Positions 1 through 9,802 of a DNA stretch of 31,131 nucleotides are shown here, piece by piece (the stretch's first letter is position 1; every line of letters starts with the position of its first letter). A program made the position numbers and the translations under genes. The notes below the pieces were generated by a model, which was not told where the DNA came from, searched no databases, and worked only from the letters and a program-made list of their open reading frames with translations. Source of the stretch: Bacteroidota bacterium (GTDB lineage Bacteria > Bacteroidota > Bacteroidia > AKYH767-A > 2013-40CM-41-45); NCBI GenBank assembly GCA_043756425.1, contig JAYURB010000093.1, positions 1 to 31,131 on the forward strand, in the 5' to 3' direction.

Positions 1-246
1 CCTATATGAACTATCCGAATTATAATAAAAATAAGCCTTATTAGTTTAAATTCCAAATAAATCTTAAAAAGGAAGAAAATAAACAGCCAATAGACCTGAT
101 TTTAACATAACTGAATACTTGAAAAAGATATTCTTTACAGTTTAATATAGAAAAATTGAATTAATTAACTTGTTTTAAAGGGTATTTTATAGTTAATTGT
201 ATCAAATAATATAAAAATTTTGCACTAAGAAGGAATATAAACTTTT

Positions 247-813
247 TCAACTATTCCATCGATAACTATTCTGTTCTAGTCCGGCCAAATCAATCACTCG
301 GTCCACCACTGTTGCTGCCATTGCTTCAAATGTCTCCGGCTTTGAGTAAAACGACGGCATAGCCGGACAAATTATCCCTCCGGCTTCTGTAACGGTTTTC
401 ATATTGTTGATATGAATGAGACTGTAAGGAGTTTCACGAATCACAAGGATAAGCTTTCTTCTTTCTTTGAGAATGACATCGGCAGCACGTGTGGTGAGGT
501 CGTTGGAAATGCCGCCAGCAATGCGTGCCAGTGTTCCCATGCTGCATGGACAAACAATCATAATGTTGTAAGCGGCTGAGCCACTGGCAAAGGGTGCCGT
601 AAAATCTTCTTTGGAATATATTTTAAAAGGTAGTTTTTCGTATGACTCATCTCCCAGTTCGTATTTCCAAACTTGTTTTGCATTGTTTGAAAAAACAAGC
701 CCGACATTTTCGATTTGATCTTTTAGGGAAATTAATTTGTCAAAAAGCACTTTCGCATAAATGGATCCGCTGGCTCCTGTTACTGCAATTACTATTTTAT
801 TTTTTTTATTCAT
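247..813 (-). CDS. ubiX: UbiX-family flavin prenyltransferase
   Basis: Motifs IVIAVTGASGSIYA, APFASGS, PCSMGTLARIAGGIS, RAADVILKERRKLILVIRETP and PAMPSFY; 188 aa. Confidence 0.95.
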   Translation of the reverse strand: MNKKNKIVIAVTGASGSIYAKVLFDKLISLKDQIENVGLVFSNNAKQVWKYELGDESYEKLPFKIYSKEDFTAPFASGSAAYNIMIVCPCSMGTLARIAGGISNDLTTRAADVILKERRKLILVIRETPYSLIHINNMKTVTEAGGIICPAMPSFYSKPETFEAMAATVVDRVIDLAGLEQNSYRWNS

Positions 814-836
814 GGGAAGGCAACGATAAATTCTAA

Positions 837-1262
837 TTAATTCAATTGCGATTTTTCAAGTACCAGTAATTTTCTTCTGTTTATTCGCTTGAAGAGCCAT
901 ACACCAAGAAAAGCGCCAATTGCATTTGCAATAGCATCCCTTACGTCACCGTCGCGTTGAATAAAAACATAGGTTTGCAAAACCTCAACGAGGACGCCGT
1001 AAGTAATACTTAAAGTTAAGGAAAAAAGGACGGCATTTTTATAATAAACAGAAGTCTGCTTCATTTTTCTGAAAGCTTTTAGCAGCAAAAAACATTGAAC
1101 GCCAAAAAGAATAAGATGAGCTATTTTATCAGGCTTTAGCCACTGTAGAAAGCTTAGCTCAGGAAAATCTCTTCCTGGAAGCCCGCAAAGAATTAAAACA
1201 AACAAAGCCCAAAATAATGCGGGCCGGAAATTCCGCCAAAACATAGTATTGTTTTCAGGCAT
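837..1262 (-). CDS. VanZ-like membrane protein
   Basis: Hydrophobic 141 aa protein with [19 protein letters not shown] and [15 protein letters not shown] motifs; overlaps the gcvH stop by 8 bp. Confidence 0.88.
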   Translation of the reverse strand: MPENNTMFWRNFRPALFWALFVLILCGLPGRDFPELSFLQWLKPDKIAHLILFGVQCFLLLKAFRKMKQTSVYYKNAVLFSLTLSITYGVLVEVLQTYVFIQRDGDVRDAIANAIGAFLGVWLFKRINRRKLLVLEKSQLN

Positions 1263-1641
1263 CAGCGCCCACTAACTGCTCGTATTCAACGGCTGAAAGA
1301 AGACTGCCTACATCTGATGGATTAGTCATTTCTACACCTATCATCCACCCTTTTTCATAAGGGTCAGTATTGACAGATTCAGGAGCACTTACCAAACCGT
1401 CATTGACAGCAGTAACTTTTCCTGAAACGGGCATGAATAGATCGGACACCGTTTTTACTGCTTCTACAGTACCAAAAATGGAGTCTTTTTCGAGTGTCTC
1501 ACCTTCAGTTTCAATTTCAACATAAACAATATCACCCAATTTACTCTGGGCAAAATCGGTTATACCTATGATAGCTGTATTACCTTCAACACGGACCCAC
1601 TCGTGTTCTTTCGTGTATTTTAGATTGGTTGGAAAGTTCAT
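1255..1641 (-). CDS. gcvH: Glycine cleavage system H protein (lipoyl carrier)
   Basis: [28 protein letters not shown], lipoyl-lysine motif [16 protein letters not shown] and NTDPYEKGW. Start moved from the TTG at 1656 to the ATG at 1641 (MNFPTNLKY), the usual N-terminus. Confidence 0.97.
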   Translation of the reverse strand: MNFPTNLKYTKEHEWVRVEGNTAIIGITDFAQSKLGDIVYVEIETEGETLEKDSIFGTVEAVKTVSDLFMPVSGKVTAVNDGLVSAPESVNTDPYEKGWMIGVEMTNPSDVGSLLSAVEYEQLVGADA

Positions 1642-1663
1642 GGTTTTTTTTTGCAAAATAAGG

Positions 1664-1715
1664 AAAAAAATAGTTAATTAGTTAATTAGCGAATTAGCTA
1701 ATTAACTAATTTTTT
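1664..1715 (-). terminator. Hairpin/terminator after sprA built from five tandem 8-bp units
   Basis: Units TAGTTAAT TAGTTAAT TAGCGAAT TAGCTAAT TAACTAAT (1671-1710). A perfect 15-bp stem pairs 1676-1690 with 1697-1711. An A7 tract (1664-1670) gives a U tract on the minus strand. Confidence 0.7.
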
Positions 1716-4700
1716 TACTGCGCCAACGTAAATCGTATACTAATCCCAGCATTCGTATTTGAGTTGGGATAGCTGGTAGACACAAATGGTTCGTTAGCAG
1801 AATAATTGTAAAAAGCCTGAACGTTAAAGCGATCGTTGATTGGATAATCTGCCGAAATCTTGAAAGCAAGGGTTTTGGTTCCGCCGCTTGGCTGATTGGT
1901 TCCTTCAACAACTTTTCGAAGAATTGTTGTATTGTCCCGCAGGTTAACATCTGCTTTTACTGTCAGATCGTTGCTGAGTTTTTTCTTGCCTCCTGTTCGG
2001 AATGGTAAGGTGACTTTTTTGAATTTATAGCCAAGGCCAATGGTATATTCTATACCGCGGACTTCTGTAACCTGACTGTTGGAATATGCCAGAGAAATTG
2101 TACGGTCACGTTTTATTTCAAAGCGTGTCTGCAGACTGTTTTTCCACATCATATCGATTCCAATAAGTGGAGCAAGTTGTTCTGAAATAGTAATTTGCTG
2201 CAAGTCGTATTGCGGAATAAAATTGCCAATGGTATCCGTGTTATTGGGCATATTATTATTTATATCCTTTGTATAAAACAAATTCTGTGTAAATGAATTG
2301 ATGCTGTATATGGAACGATAACCGTGTGAAATTGTAAGTGATTGAAGGAACGATGAGAACAGTTTAAGCTTGGAAAGCCCATCATAGGTAACTCTCCAGT
2401 TTGGCATTGGAATAGTTGGGAATAGTTTTAAGATAGATCTGGAAGGTGTCCTGCCCGAATATGCTGAAAGAAATGCATAGGTTAATACTTCTTTTTGCGA
2501 AAGTCCGTAACCATTGGTATTAGGCTGTCTTGGTACATTTGGATTTTCAGCATCAAGTATTCCTGAAAACGTCTGACGGTTTTTTACAAATTGCTCAAAG
2601 TTTTTATTTGAATAATCCTCAGCGTCTTTTACGAAGTGAGTATTCCATGTCAGATACGATATTGAAAAGTTACCGGATTCCGTTACACTCGAACTTCTAA
2701 AGGTTCCATCCGAATTTTGATATTTATAGTATTCGTTGTGATTGAGTGTGTAATTTCTGCTGCCATTCAATTCTATCTTCAGACTTTTTATAGGTTCAAT
2801 AGTAACACGAACGGTCAGGTTTTGAAGATAGGTTCGGGTAAAATATGAATTCAGGGTTGTATCTTTGGTAAGCCACTTATACTTTACGGCATCCGGTCGA
2901 ATATCACGTTGACTACCGAATACAAATCCATATCCCGGTGCAGCAGGACTACCCGGAAAATTATTATCGTTACCAAGGAAATCTCCTATACTATTTGGTT
3001 TGGGAAAGAAACCGGGAAGGAGAGTTCCATTCGTTTCAGAATAATTTACGGAAGCAGTCTTAACCATCATTAATGTTTTTGCCATTCCTCTAAAGATTGG
3101 TTCCAGAATGCTTGGTTTAGGAGTTAATGTATCCGGTTTTGTTTTAAGTGAATCTGAAGGTAATTTAACTTTTGGTTTTGGTTTGCTTTTTTGAGGCTGG
3201 CCGGCATTTATTTTCTTCAGGAAAGGAATTTTATTGTACAAGGTCGCAAAGGTTAAACTTGCATTGTATTGCATGGTTTGAGAATTCTGAATGGTATTTC
3301 CCCAGGAATTTGAATCGGTAATTTGGTTTAGAAGTGTATCGAAAACAAGTGGCGCTGACTTCCAGTCAAAATCTCCTGTATAACTTACACTTCCTGTTAT
3401 CCAGTCTGTGAGTGGGAATTTCGTGAATGGAACTGCATAGGTAGCTCTTGATGTCTGATGGAAATGATCCAGACGACCTAGGTTTTTCAAGTTACGTGTT
3501 ATTGAATCTCTTTCTTCCTTGGTGTCTATTCGTCCGGGTGGTTCGTCAATTATGGCATATGCATCGGCATTGTAATCAATCTTTAATGCTTTTACTAAGT
3601 CCCAGTTCAAGCCGTAATTGCGGCGCATAAAATATGTTTTCTCATATGTAGGACTAAGATTAAATGACAATCCGGTATTGTTGCGCAAAAACGTTTCAGA
3701 ATATGTTCTGTCCAGACTGGCCCGGAAATTTAATGCCGATGGTATGGGATTAAAATTAATGTCCTTGATAAGTTTAAGCCACTTTGAATTTAATACTTTG
3801 GATTTATTTTTTTCAAAAGGTGCAATAGGTTTTGATCCGCTATTGTAATTATAGCCTACGATTCCCTGATAGGTTTTAGCAAAAGAACGTTCGATATTAT
3901 AGTTGCGCTGATAGTTTTCAGTATAAGCATACGTGAAATTTAGATTCTCCACATCGTAAATGTGAGACTTTGAATTACCTCCGGTTTTTGCTTTCCTGAC
4001 ATTGGTGAAATTCAAACTTTTTCTTTGTGTATAATCTTTAACACTTCTACTAATGTTTTCCTTAACCTCTTTATTGGGTGCTGCATCTAAAGCGCGATCC
4101 AGAAGAACATCGGGGTCTAACGGATTGTACTGCGGGTTGATAGCAGCTTCAGAATAGCCAAAGTACATTGGTATTTTTATTCCTGATTTTTCGGGCAAGA
4201 ATTTTCCCAATTCAATGCTGGTCGAAAAATCGTATGAAAGTTTATTTTCTCGAGAACGCTCACTAACTTTTTTCTCAATACTTCCCCATCCTGCACTGCT
4301 TTGATTTCCCACAAGAGACATGGTTCCAAGGTCAGCGAGTTTACTGGTAATTCGGGCTGTTGATGCAATACCGCCGTTTTCATTAAAGTCGGAAAGTCTT
4401 AATTCATTAAACCAGACTTCTCCACAAAGTTTAGCACCCGAACCACTGCCATCTTTCGGATTACGAATTCCCAGCATAATTGAACGAACGTTGCTTAGGT
4501 TTGGAGTACCTTTTACGGTAATGGTTCGTCCGCCAATAATTTTTTTAAATGGTGTAAGCAACGTTACATTTGGATTTAATTGCATTTCGCTGTTCCGTGC
4601 AAGCTTGACATCAATCAGGTCGTCGAGTGTAATTTCCATATTGTTGCTCTCCGGCCAGATTTCAGTTGGAGCAGTTGTGGGAGGAACCGTTACTGTTAAA

Positions 4701-7700
4701 GGAATATCGTATTCGTAATAGTTGTCGTTGAAATCACTTCCGAGACGTATGAATGCATGAAGATCGCCGTTGCTTATTGTTGGCTGTCCTGCAAGCGACT
4801 CAGCATGAATGAACATCTTCAGCTTTTTATAAGAACGAAAATCAAATTGGGTATTTCTATATGCTGCACGTGCATCACCATCCTGCAGCTCACAAACTTT
4901 AAGCGTTAGCGATTGTTCATTGAGTGTAGTCAGTGTTTGTGTGGAAGGGCTTTGTTCTTTTTCAATTCCGGGAGGTAAAACATAAGGAATGGGAGTTCGG
5001 TTACCGTTTTCTTCAATACTTACTGCAGCAATATCCAATGTTGTTTCTCCTGGAACTTCAGGGGTTGGACTGTATTCTCCATCCTGCAAAAGTGAAAACT
5101 GATACCTTCTCCATTCACCGCGCAGGAATTCCAGTTTGGCAAATCTGCAGATAACGGGAGACTGAAAATTTTTCATGTACATACGAATGAATTCTATATT
5201 CGTAAATTCAGGATCACCGACAGTACGTTGCGGAAACTTAATTGGAATTTTAAATTGATACCATTTAACAAGCGTATTATTGTTGTTTGCAAGACGAACG
5301 GGAGCTTCTATTTCGTCTGTTATATAATTTTGTCCTACCACTAAATTTCCTCGCTTTAGAACAATTTTATACTGGAAATAGTTTTCCCCAATGTTCATGT
5401 TATTATCCCGATTTATATCTTCTGCGTCAGGAGTTGCCGAGTAAATGGTCAGGTTTGAACCGCCGCTGCCTATTGAGTTTCCTTCCTGTCCATTCCATCT
5501 TTTGTAACGGTCAAGAATAGGGATAGCAGGGTTGTCATACGATTGATCGAGGAAGTAAAGAAAGTCATCACTCGAAGGATCAGTATTTGCAGAAAGAAAA
5601 GCCTGTGAAGTGCTGCCAAAATTTGATAGAATAGCACCGATGAAGTTACTTTGAAAATACGAATTTTCATTGGCATCGTTCAATCCGTCCAAACCAACGT
5701 CCTGTGCAATTCTGCTTGCATTGTCATTATCAAAAGCATTGACAATTGATTGTACATTAGGATAAACACCCCACGGTGTATTATTGACCGTGTAATTATT
5801 CTTTGGAGAGGGCAATCCATTCTCAAACGATTTATGCTGATCCTTTAAAATATCTTCCGATAATGTTCCGATATTAAAGTAAAGATCACCGCCGGTTGAA
5901 TCTGTATTAATTGTATTCGTCGTAAAAGGATCCATCAACCAGAATTGAATGAACTCAATGTTGTTGGCTTCGAAATCGTTTGTTTCAATTTTCCGCATAA
6001 TGCCGCCCCAGCGCGATTCAGGAGATAATAGTCCACCATTAGCATTAATACCTTTCGAATAAGTATTGGGAAGCACATCATAATTATACGGCCCTCTTTC
6101 ATTTGGATAAAAAGCCACATTCATACACGTGATGAACTGCGGTGTTTGCAATTTCACATTCGGAAAAATTTCCGTTTGCAATACTTCCCGTATAAAATTG
6201 TCGCTTCTTGTTTCGTCTGTAACATTATTGGGTTGATTGCCCTGATCACGCTGAAAAACTCCATCCACATAATACCAGGCAATTTTAGCGCGATTTAATC
6301 CGGAGTTTATGCTATCTGCCTGCGATTCGGGAAACATGGTAAGTTCCGTCTGTCCTTCGGGTATTGAGGACAAATACCAGCTTGCAGGATTTTTAAGATC
6401 CAACGGAGTAATGGCTCCTTCAAAATCATCAACGTAAGAAATTCCTGTTTTTCCTACAGCACTTGAATGGCCGGGTATAAGTTGAGCTACTTCACCACTG
6501 AAAGTTAGCGTAGATGTTTCTTTCGTACTGTAAAACGGAAGCTTATCTAACAGTTTAGTAATAAAACGTGATTCTCTTCTGTAGTTTCCATCCAGTCCCC
6601 AAACAGTATTGGAAATGGGTTCGTCGCCTATATTTACTTTTTGCGTGAGCGGTTTTTCATACATGTGCAGGAAAGTACCGCCAACCTGAAGGTCTTTATT
6701 AAAGGTATATTCCAGTCGTGTTCCAATAAGTGATTTGGTTTGCAAAGCGAATAAGGAATTACTTTCGAGATTAATTGTAATGGGTGTATTCGACTTTAGC
6801 AAACCATCGTTTATGATTTTTACTCTTCCAAGAGTATAGTCAACAGTATAATCCACATTCTCTTTTAGCGTAACGCCACCGGCAGTTACCTTGACAGAAC
6901 CCTGTGGAACGTTTACCGCATTCAATGGAATTTCAGAACCGGAAGAGGATTGAAAAGAACCCCGCAGACTGAATTTATTTTTTTCAGGCTGTTGTTGGGC
7001 TGCAGTTTTTGTTGAATCGTAAAGGGCATTGTACGTATAAAGGTCTGCTGTTTGAGCATCGTTGCAGAATTTGGATTGCAAATAACTTCCGAAGGGTTCT
7101 CTAACAGGAAAAATAATTCTTCCCGCCTGAGGATTTACCGTTATCCCCGATACAAAATCAAAGAGTCCATCAGGCTGTGGGTTGAGTTGTGTATTCAGAT
7201 CGTCGAGGTTTAGCAAACTTAAAAGCGGAATTCCTTTTACCTGATCGCAGCCATTGGGAATATAGTTGATATTACCTCCGATTTTATCATCCTGATACAA
7301 TACATCCAGACGAAATTTTTCCTGAGAGATGCTATAGCCGCCGAGTGAATAAATGTTTTTCATCATCAGGTCCCAGGTATAAAACCGTGGATTGAAATTC
7401 GTACTGTGAATCAGTTTTACGAAGAGGGCAGAATCTCCGCTTACTCCTGAACTTGATGTAAGTTCACCGACGCGGTGCGCTCGTCCGTTAAAGGTGTATT
7501 CAAAAGCTACAGCCAATACATCATTCGAACGAAGTTTTGAATTTAAAGAGATGTATCCAAGTCTGTTGTTATAGGTATATTCAGAAGGCTGCAACAGACG
7601 TGCATTTTCAACGGTCTCGTAGTTTTTAGTACGGGTGTAATTATAACCGCCAGCTGTATTTGCATTTTCAATAAGTGTGGAATTAGAAATTCTTCGTAAA

Positions 7701-8944
7701 GCACTATATCCTCCGGCCACAGAACTGTTAAGAATAGTGAAAAGCTCATTAGAACTGTCAGAAGGTTCTACAATACCCGTGGGGAATTGAGGCACCAGTG
7801 TTTGAGAAGGATCCGGTCTGTATTCACCCAAATCGGAGAAAGCGAAAATGTTTCTGTTTTGATTGTTCTGTGAACTAACATAGCTTCGGGAAGTAACCCA
7901 TACTTCAAGTCGTGTAATATTAACCGCTGAAGCCACACGATTCAGGTCACGTAGGTTCTGATCGTAAGTATCTGCAAAATATTGTGAAAGGAAAAAGTGT
8001 TTATTCTCTTCGTACTGATCCGATTTAATGTCGAAGGTTGTAGACTGAGCTCCGCCTTGAACGTTTATTGTTTCCGGTTTACCTTTTTGCTGGGATAAAA
8101 CCTGGGTAACATTTAATTTACCAAACTGCAATTGTGCTTTAATTCCGAATAAACTTTGTGAGCCCTGTATTAGCTGACTGTTAAGCGGCATGGTAATATT
8201 ACCGGCTTCAATTTTTTTAATGATGTCGTCTTCGTAACCGGAATATTCGATTTTCATTTTGTTTTCGAAATCGAAGGTTGCTTCCGTATTGTAATTCGTA
8301 GAGAGTTTCATCTTATCGCCGATGTTTGCGATAACATTCATCTGAATTTTTTCTTTGAAGTCGAAAGTGGTTACTCTTCTTTGTGTGGTAGGGATGTTTG
8401 GATTCTCACTGTTTGAAATATTGACGCCGAAACTTAATTCAGCCGAACCTTGGGGACGAATATCAATAGTGTTTCCCCCGAATATGCGGTCAAATACTAC
8501 ACTGTTAATGGTAATTTTAGGAGCGAAAGCTTTTTTATTCAGTTTATCATCTTCACCGGCACGTTGTCTCCAGTAGTCGCGTGTGCTATGATTGAATTCA
8601 TGTTCTACAAATTCTTCAAAAGTTAAATAAGATGGGTTCCTGTAAAACAGATTGCCCATATTTTCATTGATGTTGTATCGATTATTATCGGGGTCATATT
8701 TAACATCAGTTTTAATATTAGCAGGATCATTTAGGTACATAGGACTTTTCCCTGAAGGAGCAGAATATGGATCACCATACCTGTCGCCAAAAGGATATTT
8801 AAGGCTTGTTGTATCGGAGTCGCTTAAAAAAGCTGACTCTGCCTCAGATGGCAAAGGACCGGATGGTTTTCCTGTACCCCATACAGAAGCAAGGACTGGC
8901 AAAACAAACCCTAACCCTAAAAAAAACTTTTTGATGCTTTTCAA
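1715..8944 (-). CDS. sprA: T9SS outer-membrane translocon SprA (Sov)
   Basis: 2409 aa with TTG start and signal peptide. Typical segments IDIRPQGSAEL, FDFENKMKIEYSG, SLFGIKAQLQFG, WGGIMRKI, DVGLDG, WYQFKIP, GEVWFNELRLSDF and C-terminal GISIRFTL. The ruvA-sprA-gcvH gene order is typical of Bacteroidota. Confidence 0.97.
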   Translation of the reverse strand: MKSIKKFFLGLGFVLPVLASVWGTGKPSGPLPSEAESAFLSDSDTTSLKYPFGDRYGDPYSAPSGKSPMYLNDPANIKTDVKYDPDNNRYNINENMGNLFYRNPSYLTFEEFVEHEFNHSTRDYWRQRAGEDDKLNKKAFAPKITINSVVFDRIFGGNTIDIRPQGSAELSFGVNISNSENPNIPTTQRRVTTFDFKEKIQMNVIANIGDKMKLSTNYNTEATFDFENKMKIEYSGYEDDIIKKIEAGNITMPLNSQLIQGSQSLFGIKAQLQFGKLNVTQVLSQQKGKPETINVQGGAQSTTFDIKSDQYEENKHFFLSQYFADTYDQNLRDLNRVASAVNITRLEVWVTSRSYVSSQNNQNRNIFAFSDLGEYRPDPSQTLVPQFPTGIVEPSDSSNELFTILNSSVAGGYSALRRISNSTLIENANTAGGYNYTRTKNYETVENARLLQPSEYTYNNRLGYISLNSKLRSNDVLAVAFEYTFNGRAHRVGELTSSSGVSGDSALFVKLIHSTNFNPRFYTWDLMMKNIYSLGGYSISQEKFRLDVLYQDDKIGGNINYIPNGCDQVKGIPLLSLLNLDDLNTQLNPQPDGLFDFVSGITVNPQAGRIIFPVREPFGSYLQSKFCNDAQTADLYTYNALYDSTKTAAQQQPEKNKFSLRGSFQSSSGSEIPLNAVNVPQGSVKVTAGGVTLKENVDYTVDYTLGRVKIINDGLLKSNTPITINLESNSLFALQTKSLIGTRLEYTFNKDLQVGGTFLHMYEKPLTQKVNIGDEPISNTVWGLDGNYRRESRFITKLLDKLPFYSTKETSTLTFSGEVAQLIPGHSSAVGKTGISYVDDFEGAITPLDLKNPASWYLSSIPEGQTELTMFPESQADSINSGLNRAKIAWYYVDGVFQRDQGNQPNNVTDETRSDNFIREVLQTEIFPNVKLQTPQFITCMNVAFYPNERGPYNYDVLPNTYSKGINANGGLLSPESRWGGIMRKIETNDFEANNIEFIQFWLMDPFTTNTINTDSTGGDLYFNIGTLSEDILKDQHKSFENGLPSPKNNYTVNNTPWGVYPNVQSIVNAFDNDNASRIAQDVGLDGLNDANENSYFQSNFIGAILSNFGSTSQAFLSANTDPSSDDFLYFLDQSYDNPAIPILDRYKRWNGQEGNSIGSGGSNLTIYSATPDAEDINRDNNMNIGENYFQYKIVLKRGNLVVGQNYITDEIEAPVRLANNNNTLVKWYQFKIPIKFPQRTVGDPEFTNIEFIRMYMKNFQSPVICRFAKLEFLRGEWRRYQFSLLQDGEYSPTPEVPGETTLDIAAVSIEENGNRTPIPYVLPPGIEKEQSPSTQTLTTLNEQSLTLKVCELQDGDARAAYRNTQFDFRSYKKLKMFIHAESLAGQPTISNGDLHAFIRLGSDFNDNYYEYDIPLTVTVPPTTAPTEIWPESNNMEITLDDLIDVKLARNSEMQLNPNVTLLTPFKKIIGGRTITVKGTPNLSNVRSIMLGIRNPKDGSGSGAKLCGEVWFNELRLSDFNENGGIASTARITSKLADLGTMSLVGNQSSAGWGSIEKKVSERSRENKLSYDFSTSIELGKFLPEKSGIKIPMYFGYSEAAINPQYNPLDPDVLLDRALDAAPNKEVKENISRSVKDYTQRKSLNFTNVRKAKTGGNSKSHIYDVENLNFTYAYTENYQRNYNIERSFAKTYQGIVGYNYNSGSKPIAPFEKNKSKVLNSKWLKLIKDINFNPIPSALNFRASLDRTYSETFLRNNTGLSFNLSPTYEKTYFMRRNYGLNWDLVKALKIDYNADAYAIIDEPPGRIDTKEERDSITRNLKNLGRLDHFHQTSRATYAVPFTKFPLTDWITGSVSYTGDFDWKSAPLVFDTLLNQITDSNSWGNTIQNSQTMQYNASLTFATLYNKIPFLKKINAGQPQKSKPKPKVKLPSDSLKTKPDTLTPKPSILEPIFRGMAKTLMMVKTASVNYSETNGTLLPGFFPKPNSIGDFLGNDNNFPGSPAAPGYGFVFGSQRDIRPDAVKYKWLTKDTTLNSYFTRTYLQNLTVRVTIEPIKSLKIELNGSRNYTLNHNEYYKYQNSDGTFRSSSVTESGNFSISYLTWNTHFVKDAEDYSNKNFEQFVKNRQTFSGILDAENPNVPRQPNTNGYGLSQKEVLTYAFLSAYSGRTPSRSILKLFPTIPMPNWRVTYDGLSKLKLFSSFLQSLTISHGYRSIYSINSFTQNLFYTKDINNNMPNNTDTIGNFIPQYDLQQITISEQLAPLIGIDMMWKNSLQTRFEIKRDRTISLAYSNSQVTEVRGIEYTIGLGYKFKKVTLPFRTGGKKKLSNDLTVKADVNLRDNTTILRKVVEGTNQPSGGTKTLAFKISADYPINDRFNVQAFYNYSANEPFVSTSYPNSNTNAGISIRFTLAQ

Positions 8945-9015
8945 GGAAAATAATTATTGAGTGAAAGTATAGAAAGTAGAGTTTATTCGATTTTTTCGCG
9001 TTTTTTACGAGAGCC

Positions 9016-9023
9016 CTAAATTA
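9016..9023 (-). promoter_or_regulatory. Possible -7 promoter element for sprA
   Basis: Minus strand reads TAATTTAG, a one-mismatch variant of TAnnTTTG, about 70 bp upstream of the sprA start. Confidence 0.3.
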
Positions 9024-9051
9024 GCTTTTTTAGCAGTTCAAGCAACAAATT

Positions 9052-9630
9052 TTATAGAGCTTTTAGAGCATTCTTAATTAAATCTTCAACATTTACTGAG
9101 GGACTGGTTTTGAGTATATTATCTAGTGTGCGATCGACTGTGTTTCGGGCAAATCCGAGGGTAACAAGTGCTGCTATAGCTTCTTCTTTAACTCTTAGGT
9201 TGGAGGTCAAAGAAATGGGCGATTTTCCATCTTTTTTCAACTTTCCTTTCAATTCCAGAATAACACGTAAGGCAGTTTTTTCTCCTATTCCTTTTATGGC
9301 CTGCAGCTTTTTTGCTTCTTCCAGAATGATGCAATTTTCAATTTCAGCTACATTCATAGACGAAAGCATCATCCTTGCAGTGTTGCAACCAATACCGGAA
9401 ACCGTAATCAGCATCTTAAATAATCTTCTTTCATCTTCATCGATAAAGCCGTACAACGTATGAGCATCCTCAGTTATTTGAAGGTGGGTCAAAATACGAA
9501 TGTGTTCACCCTCTGAAATTTTTGAAAAAGTGTTCAAAGAAATATTTACGTGATAACCAACACCGCTGCATTCAACAATTATGAATGTTGGATTTTTTTC
9601 AACGAGTTTTCCGCTTAAGTGGTTGAGCAT
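9052..9630 (-). CDS. ruvA: Holliday junction branch migration protein RuvA
   Basis: IIVECSGVGYHVNIS, HTLYGF, HhH motifs LITVSGIGCNTA and IKGIGEKTALRVILELKGK, EEAIAALVTLGF, and VEDLIKNALKAL. Confidence 0.97.
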   Translation of the reverse strand: MLNHLSGKLVEKNPTFIIVECSGVGYHVNISLNTFSKISEGEHIRILTHLQITEDAHTLYGFIDEDERRLFKMLITVSGIGCNTARMMLSSMNVAEIENCIILEEAKKLQAIKGIGEKTALRVILELKGKLKKDGKSPISLTSNLRVKEEAIAALVTLGFARNTVDRTLDNILKTSPSVNVEDLIKNALKAL

Positions 9631-9709
9631 GATCTTTCTTTTTTCGTCGGAGTCTTGATATTTGACACTTAATTTTTGAAAGTAAATATCAATTTAAATC
9701 TTTCCTTTC

Positions 9710-9717
9710 GCAAGATA
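9710..9717 (-). promoter_or_regulatory. Possible degenerate -7 element for ruvA
   Basis: Minus strand reads TATCTTGC, 80 bp upstream of the ruvA ATG; lacks one T of the consensus. Confidence 0.25.
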
Positions 9718-9729
9718 GTTATTTAGTTA

Positions 9730-9788
9730 ATCCGATAGCTATCGGATAAATAGCTATCCGATAGCTATCGATCCGATAGATATCGGAT
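9730..9788. repeat. Tandem cluster of CCGATAGCTATCGG-type palindromes (REP-like)
   Basis: Perfect 18-bp palindrome ATCCGATAGCTATCGGAT (9730-9747), then ATAGCTAT, CCGATAGCTATCG (9758-9770) and one-mismatch ATCCGATAGATATCGGAT (9771-9788). Confidence 0.85.
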
Positions 9789-9802
9789 TAAAACTCCTCC
9801 GA

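Noticed and set aside
1-246. Replication origin
   Set aside because: AT-rich, but no DnaA boxes or unwinding-element repeats are visible.
1644-1652. T9 homopolymer just upstream of gcvH as a phase-variation tract
   Set aside because: It lies outside the probable CDS. On the coding strand it is an A-rich leader, normal for SD-independent initiation in Bacteroidota.
1702-8960. Many short ORFs (60-132 aa) overlapping or antisense to sprA
   Set aside because: Shadow ORFs of a long conserved gene with no recognisable motifs. The same applies to the short overlapping ORFs in ruvA, maeB, omp28, deoC, ALDH, cys and flippase genes.
9052-9630. ruvA without ruvB or ruvC
   Set aside because: These genes are commonly unlinked in Bacteroidota, and ruvA-sprA adjacency is the usual arrangement.
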